A stretch of DNA of 64,000 bases from Glaucostegus cemiculus (lineage: Eukaryota), in contig CDPCPM010000280.1 of NCBI GenBank assembly GCA_976551045.1, forward strand, positions 1,922,001-1,986,000, in the 5' to 3' direction. How positions within the stretch are numbered: the stretch's first letter is position 1; every line of letters begins with the position of its first letter. Shown here in pieces: positions 1 to 13,265 of the stretch. The position numbers and the translations under genes were made by a program. Below the pieces are notes generated by a model. It was not told the origin of the DNA. It saw only the letters and a program-made list of their open reading frames with translations, and did not search any database.

Positions 1-242
1 ATAAAACTGTAATCTGTTCATCCACACAACTGGAGCAGTGATAAAGCAATAGGATCCTGAGTGAATTATAGTTTTTTGCGTGGTGCAAGACCTGTGGAGA
101 CTGATGACAGAACTGGTTGGAGGAGGTAAACATCAGTCACTACCGCACTGAAAAAGGAGCGTCTTAACCTGTGCACTTGCAAGCGTGTACTCTGGTTTTA
201 GTTCTGCATCGCCCACTGTTGAAAAGACACTTGATCATCACC

Positions 243-293
243 TCATCGAGGGTGTAGTAACTGTCTGTCATTTTTCTCTTCTTTGGTCATTGG
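243..293 (-). other. Candidate exon of unidentified gene (PMTKEEKNDRQLLHPR* in one frame) with tandem CAG/TAG acceptor
   Basis: On the - strand a long polypyrimidine tract (ttttgcttttcctttcactcttgcatcctgtctttggg) is followed by CAGTAG. The surrounding 60-300 region retains CpGs. Protein not recognised. Confidence 0.25.
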
Positions 294-2419
294 CTACTGG
301 CCCAAAGACAGGATGCAAGAGTGAAAGGAAAAGCAAAAAGTTTTTAAAAATTTGATTTCTATATTTCACTCCTTTTGCAGATTGACACATACTGCACTGG
401 CTCAATAGTAAATAAATACATTATAGTGATAATGAAGCATATTTTCTAATTTCAAAAAGAAAGCCATTAAGTTAACTGACACATCATCAGTGTATTAGAT
501 AGAAAAGGAGTTACACAGAGTGATCTAGAAGTGGCAGTGATTATAAGTTAATTCAATATCTCCATTCTCATTGAGTGTAACAATGTTTTATTTCAATTTC
601 TCCTTTGGTATAAGGGGTTGAAATAGCCTACTATACCATTCAGTAACAGAACTGATTCTCAACTTCAAGCCCCCTTCCACATGATCCTCATAACCCTAAT
701 AGTCCATAGTGAACGAGATAGTTGTTCACACAACTCCCATATTAGTGTTCAGCTATGGAAGTTGCCTTAACCTGGTAGACCTCTCCCAGAACCTCTTCCC
801 TCTGCAGGCAATATTCCTTGGCCCCCTATCCAGGTCCCTCTGAGAACTCTCCTGCAACCTTCCCATCACTGCATCCATTTATTCAGTAGCAACCCTCCCT
901 TTTAGCTGTGGTACGTCCCTTTAAGAGCTGGTTACAACAATCACACCTATTGGCAAACATGCTGAGGACTGTGAGAACTTGCAACACATCAACGGGGAAC
1001 TCAGTGCTGAAGCAGACAACATCATTTTCAGTGTGGTATTACCAGGATGAAATTGAGATAAACTTCCCATCAGTACAACTTGTTTCACAAACCCCTATCT
1101 CCACTCCACTTGTACTGAATGTTTTAACTACTTTATTACCAGTATAATACCAAACCAGTCTGTGTCAGCTATCCATCACCTTTGGGTAACCCAGCCATTC
1201 TATTCTGTGAATTATACAAATGAAGATCTTGCTCTTCATGGGACTTCTAGATAGGGTGACCAGCAATGTTGGTTTAGTAACAAAGTTAATGTTATGGAGC
1301 AATATCTAGACCAGCGTGTAGAGTACTGCATTCCCTTTCAGGATGAAATAGGATAGACCACCTAAAGTCATTTGTGGTCTAGCAAGGGCTTTAAAACAAT
1401 ACAAAAGCTCTCATTTATTTCAAATTCAAACTCAAAATTTGCTTTAGTGAGATATGAGCATGTTTGTCCTTCATCACAATAACAAGGTTACTATAACTGT
1501 TGTCCTAAATTTCATAGAATATCCAAAGACCAATCTCTGCACTCAAGATATAATGGTATGGATGATCTTTTAGGAATTAGAAATTATATGTAGCTTTCCC
1601 TCAAATCCAAATGCTATCTAAACTGGACAGATTAACTGACATCTATGGAATAAGTGGACCTGACTACCAAAGCTTTAGTTCACTTCATGATTTGTGTCAC
1701 AGTAGAATCCCAACTACGTGAACCAAGACTGTTGACTGCAAACAGGTAACATTCCCATAAACAGCTATCTTCAAACTATATATCAACTCATCTGATGGGA
1801 TGGTAGGTGAACTGCTTCTACTGGTGGTCTGCTAATAGAGCTGAACTGCCTCCAGGAGTGGCACACTTCACTCACAACCCAAAAGTAAAATCATGGCAAG
1901 AACATGGCTGTGCAGAAAATGCTGAGGTTTGGCACATCCTTTTGCTGGGTCACTATAATTTCCATCTATCCCTTCCTCCCGGAAAGCTGTTAAGTCTGGT
2001 GTTTAAAGCCAGGCTGCAGTTCCTTCAACAATACTCAGGAAACTTTTCCACAAAAACAGAGAGACAAGAACCCTCTCTGAACAGGGAACTGAAGATCAAA
2101 TGTTACGCTGCAGGAGAAGGTTTAGACCCGTGTAAACACAGGAGATGGGTGTACATCGAGCTGACTGACATGTTCTCCCTGGACCATCTATCAAGTAAAA
2201 GTGTCCTAATATTCCCAGCACAATTTCATATTGCACTTTCCTTCATCCAGCTAATAAAATTAATCTCTGTCTCTAAATTAGTAGCTCAAAGACATGCCGA
2301 CTCATTTACCCCCAGAGACATGACATACTACAGCATCCTGACCCACATTCATAGATGCACAGTCATTCCTACACAGGTTCCCTGGCGTAGTAAAATAACA
2401 TGCCAAGCAAAGTAAAAAA

Positions 2420-2590
2420 AAAGATATCAAAGAAATGCAGCTGCTGAAAGTCTGAAATAAAAACAGAAAATGCTGGAAACACGCAGCAGGTCAGACAGCA
2501 TATGTAGACATGAAACATTAATTCCAGCTCAGTTTCTCTATCAACAGATGCTGCCCAAGCTGCTAACTATTTCCAGCTTTTTCCTCTTAT
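2420..2590. mobile_element. Short two-armed (inverted) Penelope-derived relic
   Basis: tgctggaaacacgcagcaggtcagacagcatatgt is inverted relative to acagatgctgcccaagctgctaactatttccagc. Same motif family as copies at 28400, 35600, 53250 and 61800. Confidence 0.65.
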
Positions 2591-5299
2591 TATTACTAAA
2601 CACCTAAGACTTGGTGGCTTTTAACAGTACCCTTATTAGTTATAGTATTACAGCAGAAATGGCCATGCATTAAGCAATTTGTCACACTGGCCTTCATCAC
2701 ACAGGGCAGCCATGAATGTAGGGATTCCCAAGAAGGTTTAGAAGAAAGCAACTTAAATATTAGAGTCACAGGCTCCTCCAATAGCCGAGTGATTTACCCA
2801 ACCAGGGTTGAAATCTCAGCTACTAATGTGGATTCTTTTCGAGGTAGAGTTCTTGCTTAACTCCACCCATCATTGGTTAAAATCCTTGATTATGCACAGT
2901 GGGCTTGCACTAGGAAAACCAGCACTGTAGATAGCAGGACTCAATTGCACTGACAGGAAATCAAGGGCAGAGCCAATGCAATAGTGCCTAAGACATCGAT
3001 CCCATCGAAAGCATCATCTTAGACAGGCTGGGGTCTGACCAGACTCAGGTTCATCCTGACCATCACCGTGATTGTTGAAGCCTCAGGCATACTGATTCTA
3101 TATTGTCCTCACCTTGATGGGGCACTGAGCTGGGTCAGACCAAACCAATCCAAATCCAAATGCTTTGTCAGATTGTATACCTGACCTGGCCCAGCCTGGA
3201 TCGACACACATAGGTGGGTTTGATTGGGCTCAAGCTGGACCGTCAGCAGGCTTGTGTTAGGGTGGAATTCAAGGGGCTGCCACTCAGTTGTGCTAGGTCC
3301 TTTTCAACGTTGCTTCTTCCTAGGATTAGACAGAAGACAAACCTTCTGGTGGATGAAAGAAAGAAGCCAGCAGCAGATTCTCACTGCAACTTGGGAAGAG
3401 GAATCAAGGCCTCACTGCCTGAGCACCTTTCATTGTCCACTCATTCGTGGGTGGTATGGCTTGCATCCATTGCCCTCCTCGAATCGACCTTGAGCTATAG
3501 ACTATCCCCCTATCCTGGTGGGATCATCAAACACAAAATAGTGAAGAATGCTTGTAAGTGCCCTTGGATATCAATTAATGACAAATTCAGAGAATCTTAC
3601 GATGGAACAACCGACTTTATTCATTGACAACAGTCAACTATAGAATGATGAGTGTAGAAGGCATGTGGTCTCACACTCCAGCAATAAATACCTGCAATGG
3701 CCATGATAGGGAGAAATGAAAAGCCAGCAGGGAACAGAAAAATGGTTGGAGAACAAAAAAAAGATGTAGAGTATATATTTTTTTGTTGATTCACATCTTA
3801 CAGAACATTCTATATAAAACCCAGGGACACCTTGTGAAAGAATCCTAACCACAGTCTAATTGCTGGGCGAGTGCAAAAGATTGTTCTTCAATACCAAGTA
3901 CATTGTCAGTACTTTCAAGGGCAATGATTGCGTCAGTGCAGTGGAAGGATCGTCAGCCACGAGCATTTTTGCTTCCCAGAAGCAGCTGGAGTAGACTCTC
4001 TTTTTGGTCAGCCTGTGCTGACTACTCTATATTTCAAAGATCGTTAGCTTGTCTTTCCAATACATTATAGATGTCTAAGAGTCTTCCACTAATTCTTCAA
4101 TTAAATAAAAATTTCATGAAATTGTTTCTGTAGCAAAATAAATCCTGCATTTCTGTAGGGCCTTTATCAAAGCTAACCATCTTAATGTGCCTTCCGTTAT
4201 GAATTATTTCTGGCATGCAGGCTTAAGGTGGTGCCTTCAATATAAATGACAAACCACAATTTCAGACAGAATTTTTCACTACCATCCAAACCAGGCACAA
4301 TCAAATGGACCTTACACCATGACTACAAATGCATCCCGAATCGTCTGGGAAGGAGTTTATCCTCAGACTACTGTTGAGTGGCTCCGCAATGAACAAGACA
4401 AAAGTAGAAAGATTTGCAGCTCCTGAACAATAATTAATTTGTTCTCCTCAAGATGAGGATGAAATTGCATGAGCAATGTCCTGCATTCACCAAATTCACA
4501 GCTGCAGGATGAGGGAGAAGATGTATATAAATGGCAATGCATTTGGTATTTTAATTTTCACACCTACCTTACCTACCACTTTGTTCAGTGAGAAACAGTT
4601 TCAGCTGTCCTGCTGTTTCTGCTATACATACCTAACTGGAGAATCTCTGATCAGCCTAACCTTAACCCGATTTGATCAAAAAAGACACACTGCTGCAGCT
4701 CCAAAGGAAAAGTACAACTTTGGAAATAAAAATGAAATAGGTGACCTTTGTTTTAAAGAAACAAGTAACAGGCAAAAGTAATATTGAAATTTATCAATGT
4801 ACCTTTTTACTTGGGTGCAGGTTTCTCATAGCTCCTATTGAAAGCATTTTTTAAACTGACTTGTCAAATCTGTGCACTGCTCAGTTAATTCAACCAAAGT
4901 GAATTTATGCGTAACGCATGTCAGAATTACAGTCACTGCGGGCTGATATTACAATTAGCAGGCTGGGGTCAGACACCTATTAACTTACATGAAAAAAAGT
5001 CTGAAATGGGTGGTGTAATTAAATTCCCTCCAGCGTTCTTGATGGATTATATCTGTGCACTTCCTTACATTTAGTTTGCCAAATCAAATGGAAATAAAGA
5101 GAGACTAAATTCAACTAAATGGTCGTCTGCAGTACAATTCATTTGAACATCAGAACTATACAGATTTCTCAAAACAACTGTAGTTATTGGATTATTTTCA
5201 CATTATGAGACATCAATAGGGTTTTCTACCAAACAACCATATGAAAAAAAATATTTCCAGTGACAACATAATTTAAAAAGTATCAGCAGATTGTAATAC

Positions 5300-5381
5300 C
5301 TTGTGGTGTTCAACAGATTCACTTCTGTTGATCAGGCACAATTTTGCAAACTCTGCAAATTGGACCACAGAATATCCATCA
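5300..5381 (-). other. Candidate 82-nt internal exon (DGYSVVQFAEFAKLCLINRSESVEHHK)
   Basis: Acceptor gggtttttttttcag, donor AAG|gtatta; only one frame open. No recognised homology. Confidence 0.2.
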
Positions 5382-6384
5382 CTGAAAAAAAAACCCAAGG
5401 CCAAAACTAGTTGTCTTTCTCAGAATATGCAGAATTCTACAATGCAACCGGATCTCTTAAACAGAAGAACTGAGTGAAAATATATCTCAGCATCTCACTT
5501 AAATATAGATATATCCAAAGTCACAATTTGTTCCTGGCAGGATAGTCTGCCCTTGTACAGGTGATTTTATTTGGTTATTAGTATTTTGGACATCATGGCT
5601 CATTGCATGCTTATATAATACTTATGACCGGAAAACTCACCAAACTGGCATTACCCATACTTTCAAACTGTGCCTATGGCATTTACTGAAGATGGCAGAT
5701 CCAGGTAGACTCTCCAAGCAGGTTTAAATATAGAACCAGATAGGCATCATCACGTTTGACATTTTCCAAATTTTCTTCATGCTGGATGTGACTGCTTAAA
5801 CTGTTGTAACAGGGCTTCCCATTTGAAACCTCTTAATCCAACCCAGCAATTATGATGTTGACTCAAGCATAAAATAATAAATTCTTTCATGCAAAAATGG
5901 GTGACAGTTATGAATCCCACTGTAAGTGCAGATTAGCTCATTTTCAGTAACATTTCATGATCATGGGCCTAAATCCACTCCTTGAGAGTGACAGTCATAT
6001 CACTAAGTTCAACGAGTCAGATAATGTGCTGGGATCCTTTCTAAACTATTTTCTATGTTGCGATGTCCTAAAAATATCAACACTAAAATGTAGGAAGTTA
6101 AGTTGGCCACAGTTAAATACAGAAAGTTAAATGCATATCGTAATTTAAGTGCCTTTTTTATTTTCATGAATAGGAAAGATATGGATATGAAGAGGACAAA
6201 TTTACTTGTCACCACAGTGGAAAGAGTTTGGTCAAATTAAATCTCTGAATGAGTCCATTCTAAAAAAATTCCACATTAGTGAGTATTATAACTAATCCTT
6301 TGTATGTATTCCACCAGAAAATGCATATATTCCTTTTAGGGCTGAGGTTTCCAGACTTTTTGAAAGTCCATGTTCCAGATAAAG

Positions 6385-6545
6385 TCAGAGTAACATAGCA
6401 CAGAGATAGGCCCTTCGGCCCAACTCGTATGTGCCATCCAAGATGCCCCTTTAGGCTAGTCCCATTTACCTGCATTTGGCCAATATTCCCCTAAACCTTT
6501 CCTATCCTTGTACCTGTCCAAGTGTCTTTTAAATGTTGTTATGTA
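6385..6545 (-). mobile_element. CR1 (HER1-like) LINE 3' end
   Basis: Reverse strand encodes TTFKRHLDRYKDRKGLGEYWPNAGKWD*, followed by the gggccgaagggcct tail motif. Confidence 0.85.
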
Positions 6546-6696
6546 CTTGAACTTACCGCAATCACAATATATTAGCTGGGTGCCTATGTACAATCACAGA
6601 AGTTTAATATTTTAATGTACAAGTTAGCATGCACAAAGAACTTAAGCAATGGTGGCGTTCGCTATCAATGTGATAGTTGAAATTGTTTATTGAGTA

Positions 6697-6776
6697 CGGA
6701 ATCAGAGTCAGGTTTAAATAGTGCAGAACAAAAGGAATAATGAGGTAATTTTCATGGACCGTTCAGAAATCTGAAT
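6697..6776 (-). mobile_element. Rex1/Babar-like LINE 3' fragment
   Basis: aatcagagtcaggttta start (antisense of a TTCTGA-type tail) and ttcatggaccgttcagaaatctga. Confidence 0.4.
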
Positions 6777-9700
6777 TATGGGCACATAATGTTTGGAGCA
6801 ATAGTTTGAGTTATAAGTTGTTTCCCACACAAAGGTGCTGACAAATACTTTGGGTTAATTCTGGAGAAAGATGAGAAGATATCTTAATGTAAATGATATC
6901 AAAATTACCACAGCCTTCCTGACAGTACAGCAAATTCAGCTTAGTTCTAAACTGGGGTAGGCAGGCAATTGATGGACAACTGAAATCATGTTGTATTATA
7001 TAGCAATTAGTTGTGGGGTACTGCAAAATCACTGTCTTTATCCAACTATGTTGCCCTGAGTACATCTGGAAGTAAACTAACTACTGTATACAAACAGTGT
7101 TAAAGCTTTGTCTCAGTAGCCTATTTTAGAAATGCACTAAATAAAAAAAAGTTGCTAAATAAAATACACCATTACACAATTTCTTCCAAGTGCCAACAAA
7201 GATGTTTCATCTGCCCTCAAAGGAACCTCCTGTTCTGGGACTAATAGTAGGTATGGCAATTGATTGGAACAGCATTCCATTTGGCAGCAGAAATCCATCA
7301 AAGATTGACCTGGGTGTGCAAAACTTGAGATCAAAAGGACCTCTGAAGACAAATAACAATCAACCAAATACCAGGAACAAAATAGGCTGAGACTCCCTCA
7401 AATATTCCAAAATATTTGATTTTGAACAAGAGTTTGCCAACATCATTTAATGCCGGAAAGTAGAATTCAACTTTGTGCTCAAGTCATTGCTCCTTAACTT
7501 TGGCTGTAAATGTTGCATGAACCCCAGGACATTTAAAAAAAAACAACAAAATGTCTTGGCAATCATCTGATCCCCAATGGAAAATGGTTAGCAGACTTTG
7601 TTTTCTATTGACAGAGAAAAATAAGGCAGTTCTGACCCAAATGCCATTTGTTGCTGCATTGTGTTGTTGCCCCACCCCCTTTCCCACCACTTTTATTTAT
7701 TTCTATCAGAGCCATTCAAAAGGGACATAAATTCTTTTTTTGGCTGGAATGAAAATGATTTTTTTCTGAGATTTCAGACTCAGCTGCAGACTGATTTCTC
7801 AAAATGTATGGGACAGAGGAAGTGCTGTTTGTTCTCTGGAAGAGGATACCACACCCCTTACAGCTGGGCCAAGAACCAGTAAAGGCCGTCACACACTACC
7901 AGAGATTTCTTTATAATCTAGCAGAGGATCCCCAGCTTCCTCTAACAGAAGTTGGTTACTGATTCATCCTTTTAAAAAAATTAATACAACATTCAGGTAA
8001 AGTAGGACTATTTATGCATGCTCCAGCTCTTCTGCCATATCATCATTTTTGTCCAGCTTCTCCTCCCACATCAAAACAGAGAAAGCTTTGAACATCACAG
8101 GCAGATTCATGTGGCTGGTACTGCAGCAAGTCAAACTGACAAGCTGGGGAGGAGGCGCTAAGTCTTATGTGGTGACAGAGCACTGTAATACAATCATTGT
8201 TTTCCTCCATGCAGGGAAGAATATTATTTAAAAAAATGATTGTTTGACTCAACTTCAGTACACCATAAGGAAATTCTTTTCAGATTTAAGGACAATTTTA
8301 AATCATTGGTTTACACAGTGCCTTAGTGATCTCCCAGGAATTCGAGCAAACAGTGCAAATGTGCCTGATAGCTCAGCTGTTCAATGTCTTGCATTTCTTA
8401 GCTAGGATCACCTGCTTTATCTGTCAAATCTTAACTGGGTCATTTTAAATCTTATTAGAGATTATTATATCAGCTCCTATATTCCACCATACAGCCTGAA
8501 TGGTTAAACTACCCAACCTTGCAGTAACTGGTACAGGCTTCCAAGATGCCCTCATGGGAAAGGAAACTATTCTGTAGGCTTAATTTAACAAATCTGTTAG
8601 TGCTGTTCCGTAAAGGGTAAAAAAAACGCACATCTGTTTTATTCTGAAGTGGGCTTAAGACAAGTCATGCTTGCCTGTCCATATTTTCAATGAATATTTG
8701 TTCAATGACTCATCTATACGCACTGACACCATGAACTCCAGTCATTAATATCTTAAGTGAACCTGATTTTAATTATAGCAGTGGGATGCATGTTACCCTA
8801 CTTTTGGTTTCCAAGTCAGAGAAACAGAATAATCAACAGAAAACACTTGCAAAGTCAAAAATATTTTTACCCATCATTTGCAGTAAAAAGAATTAAACAG
8901 CTTGTTTAATAGTTAGATTTAATCCCTTACTGTCGTGACGGACCATCACCACAATGACCCATTCAGCTCCCGTCTGCCATTCTTCAAAGGAGAGAAAATT
9001 AACCTGAATCTCTCTAGTGCAGATCTTACAGTAACCCTGGTGCAGACTGGAGACAAAATCCTACCCAATGATTCTCAAATGGGTTTTACTGCAAGGAGGA
9101 AATATACTCACCTTCCTTGTGTTCCAACTATATTAATGTTATGACTTTAATTATATAAATTATCAATCTAATGGAGAATAAGAAACACTATTATTGGTCT
9201 TATGGCATTATTGTGTCCATGGTAGACTTTCTTACCTCGCTGTCTCTATTCCTATGCAATCAGTCCAGGAAAACAAATGTGCTTCAGTCATAAACAGGAC
9301 TCAAAGATCTTTACAAAAATAACAACATGCAAGCTCCTCCCAAAAGCTTTGAAGTAGGGAAGAACGCCTGAAATCCCCATTCAACATCCTGGCTTTGATA
9401 CACTGCTGACTGTGCTATGGCATGGAATATTTCAAAAAGTGCTCCTTATCCCTCAAGATTATTTGTTGGATCCATTTAAATTGGCAATAGCCACGTGCTG
9501 AGAAGCATCTGATACACAAACATAAATTTTTAGCAAAATGGCACCTTCCTTGTTTCTAGAATTATAACCTTGCCAAATTATTTTCTTTTGATCAGTATTC
9601 ATTTACCCAGTTTAACCCAGACTTCAGCCAGCCCCAACCTTCACATGTGAGGGCAGACCTCAGAAATGGGGATTTCATCGCTATGATGGTGCTCTCTGAT

Positions 9701-10429
9701 AAATTGTTCAAACTGCAATCAAACAGCTAGAAAACTTTGATTAAAAAAACATTAAAATGGTCAATGAGGATGTAATTTGGGCTGGGTATTAAATATTCAG
9801 CCAATTCAACATTGCCTGTTTTGTGCCATTGTCAAAGGTCACATTTACTTACCTATTGAAGGAACTGACGGAAAACAAATAATTAAATCACTAGTGCTAC
9901 TAAGAATTTCAAAAGTGTATTTGGGGTCCACCCGTTCACTTGTGCAAAACAAAAAGTGAATTCCATATCAGTGAGAATGCAGGAAAAGGAGCAAGTATAG
10001 CATGATGTTAAGCACTACCTGTTTGACATCTGTGCTGCCACTTGGCAACTAAATGCTCTTAACCTCACACAGGTAGAACTGCATCTAGGAGCAGGAAAGA
10101 CCTCCAGCATCACCATTTAAAGGGACCATCATCTACTCACAGATTGCTTGCTGGTTTATTTTTCTTAGTCTTTGCTATGATTGTGTCTGCTGTCTTATGT
10201 AGATGTATGAAATTGTATTATCACACGGAGTGCTGTTGCAGGTGCCACAGTTTCTTTTGCTGACTTCAAGGTTTTTGCACAAACCAACGGCTCCCAGACA
10301 CACTATATTAGCAGGCATTCCCCTTGCAAGAGGGTATAATGTGTGAACAAATGATGGACAAACAGAGCAGAACCAGTGGCTGTAAGAGGCAGTAAGAGAA
10401 AGGAGGGTAGCAAGACCCCAAGCAGGTGG

Positions 10430-11060
10430 CCTTCATCCACTCAGGGTGCCAGGTAGCAATTCACCTTCCAGAACTTCAGCAAGGAACAACATTGCAAGCC
10501 ATCCACACTTTGGCAACGTGGAACTTATCAAGATCTGTCGGCTACAAGCAGTCACACATGGTGAGGACCATATTGCCAGCTAGCCTCAAGGCAATCATGG
10601 CAAGTACTTATCTCAATTCAGGCTGAGCAGAAGATATACGTGTACTGTCTACACATGGATTCACTGCTCCATTATTGTGTAGAAGCTTGTCAGAGAGGCA
10701 GGCAAAGCAAGCATGCAGCTTCAAAACGACCTATCCACAATGCAAAAGTAAAAACCTTCATAAAAAATAGCATACCAGGGCAAACGTATAAATGAAATAG
10801 TGCAGTAATGTCTGCAAGTCCCCTGATCAGCATCTTGTATTCTCTTTATGCCTGTCCTGGTGTACCAAAGAGTGACTCAGACCATAGCATCTTGGCATGG
10901 GTCATAGCAGTCTGGACTGGTTCACTGACGAGCAACAGCGAGGGCAATGTGGAAGGGTGGCAGGACAAATACTGTCTCCTACATGAAGCCACTTCCAGTA
11001 CCCTCAGAATGACATCTCAGCAATGCAAGCAATCAACTGGAGATTCACAGTAGTGATCAC
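10430..11060 (+). pseudogene. Degenerate PIF/Harbinger transposase fossil
   Basis: Frameshifted fragments HPLRV..QFTFQNFSKEQHC..HFGNVELIKICRL..VRTILPASLKAIMASTY and DHSILAWVIAVWTGS..EGWQDKYCLL resemble Harbinger transposase motifs (…LPVAVKVTVAMNFY; A.WPGS.HD; GWLLGDKGYPL). Confidence 0.55.
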
Positions 11061-11309
11061 AGCCGTCCTTGCAGAGACCCTCCACCCAGACTTTTAATGG
11101 ATCAGTGAATCCATATGTAAACTGTACAGCTTTTTGTTCACAGCTTGCATTGTTACTCAGAACTCTTGAAATATTAAGTAGAGATAAAAATGGAAGAAAA
11201 TATGTTAAGGCATTCTTAATTATGAAATGGTGCTTAAGCAATAAAAAAGATTTGACAGTATATTAACCACATGTATGTGCTTCCCATAACATCTTTATTC
11301 AGCACTCTT

Positions 11310-11620
11310 CCTAATGCCCCAGTGTCGATCTGGAGTGAGTGAGCCATAGAGAGCTGGGGGAAATATGGCTCCAGATTTGTCTTAAGTTAGTTGATATGGG
11401 TCAGCTGCAATAGGTGAGACCACAATAAGCAGCCTCATGGCTGTGGGCCAAGGAGGTGATTCTGCAAGTGTCCCTGCTTCTGATCAGTTTTGAGGGGCCA
11501 GGTCAGAGATATGCGTGCGTACAAGCCAGGCGAGGAGCTGGCTTTAAAATGGGGTTGCAAAGATTTACTGTGGGCCGCCAGATGTGGTTTGAGGCTTATT
11601 GACAAGGTATTAGAAGTGAA
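11310..11620 (+). mobile_element. Ancient tRNA-derived SINE (chondrichthyan family)
   Basis: Collinear similarity with 26865-27190 (ttagttgat…cagctgca…cctgcttctgatc…ggcgaggag). Confidence 0.5.
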
Positions 11621-12569
11621 TAAGCACCAAGAGCTTTAAGAGAGAAAGGCAAGGTGATAAGAAGGGAACAAATTACCAACCTGTAGGTCAATGAGTTTTC
11701 ACAGACCAGCTTTGGGGTACAGATTAATATGACTGCTTCTAAATATCTCATCACAGGGTATTTTAATTCCACCTGAAAATATTGTAATTTCCTAGTAAGT
11801 GTGCTTTATGTTGGACTGAGATTGGATTGCCAAAAATCATTATTTTCCAAATCACAGCAACGCACCAGCAGTCCACCAACCCAAGCCCAGGAAGCAATGA
11901 GTTGGATGTTTGAGTTCAAAGTTGGCCTGGCAACATAAAGTAGTTAATCCTTTCCTCTCCTGGTTCTTCCCGCCAGAATAATTTTATCCTCATTGCAAAG
12001 AAATCACTGAATGTAAAATTCAGCAAACCCCAAATTAATTTGCACAACAAAAGTCTTTATCTTTTCCTATTTTTTTGAATCTCGTCACTAAGCAGCTTGC
12101 AAAGATTTACTGTGAACTCAGTGTCATCCTTGTCATCCATCCTTCTCACTAATCAAACAGCTGAGTCCGACAAGACAGCAAGGGTCGTAGCACCAAAGGC
12201 CAATGTTTAGACTTCTAGATTAGTTAACTTGGAATCCATAGACAGCACATATGCATACACACATACTCGCCCCTTCAAGGCTAAATCATTCTTATGATAT
12301 CGCTGCTTCTGCCGTTTTTTAAGGGGATTATAGAAGACTTTTTAAAGTTACATTCAATGTGAAGCAGCCCAAAATATTAGAGGTTCAGCAGATCAACCTC
12401 ATTACATGATTGTAACTGTTAGATTTTATCACTCTCAAATATACACATAGGTAATGGTGTGTTTGTTTTGATTGATCACTTTCCTAGATTCATTTAATAA
12501 TAGAACATTTTCCGCAACCTTTCCCTAAATTCTCCTTCCTTAAACTTTGTCTTCAAATTTAGGAAAACA

Positions 12570-13265
12570 AATAAGCAGCCCAGGAAATCATCAAGAACTT
12601 AGATGGATGTGGGCACTCACAATGAGCATCTGCTCCCAATGAGGGTGGATTATTGGGTTTACAGATGGGCCTAGGAAAATCATCACACAATCATGTGCGC
12701 CCAACTACAGAATTTATTGGGAAACTGCGCTGGATGCGCTTCAGGATTTACCATGACATTCTCAGAGATTTTGCTGCCAGGTCCTCAGTGTGCGAACTTG
12801 GAAGTGTCTGGACAAATGCAATCATGATGCCCAAACAATGCAGAGACTCTTGTAGAAGCTGACCTATGTTGCAAATGCAGGGCCGCTTCTGCTCAGCTGA
12901 AGAAGTTCCAGACTGTGGAAAATGGCACTGGAAGCTGGCTGAGGACAGGCGATCATGAGCTCTCCTTCCTACTAATGCCACAATACATCCCTCAAGGTCC
13001 CAACCCCTGCTGCCCTGAATGAGGACATGAAGCTCAATGCAGATCTATGATCCATTTGAGTGCGTTGTAAAACTTTACAGGCCCTTCCAGAAGATGTGCA
13101 TTTTTGCCATTCACCTCATGTTGATTGCACCTTTCGTGACATCATAGGTGTCTGGGTCATAATTTTTCCATCAATCAGAATGGCTCATTCTTCCTAGGGA
13201 TGTATCTTTAAATGGGCAAGGTTCCATGTAAGACCCAAGGATTCTGCATTTTCATGAAATTGACT
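12570..13265 (+). mobile_element. Probable decayed PIF/Harbinger-related element
   Basis: GQGSM*DPRIL near 13215-13250 resembles the GS.HD.RIL transposase motif; otherwise highly decayed. Confidence 0.25.

Noticed and set aside
133-241. Possible minus-strand C/D box snoRNA (GTGATGA…CTGA)
   Set aside because: No terminal stem adjacent to the boxes and no recognisable rRNA or snRNA guide.
1807-2415. 202-aa ORF, the longest in the window
   Set aside because: GTG start, random-like composition and no recognisable domain; ORFs of this length arise by chance in 64 kb.
6552-6583. Minus-strand 27-nt microexon
   Set aside because: The donor sits at the junction of a CR1 insertion and is probably fortuitous.
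7170-7342. Candidate exons on either strand (EVLLISSFAHPG…; + strand 7191-7250)
   Set aside because: Plausible acceptors but weak or ambiguous donors, several open frames, and no recognisable protein.
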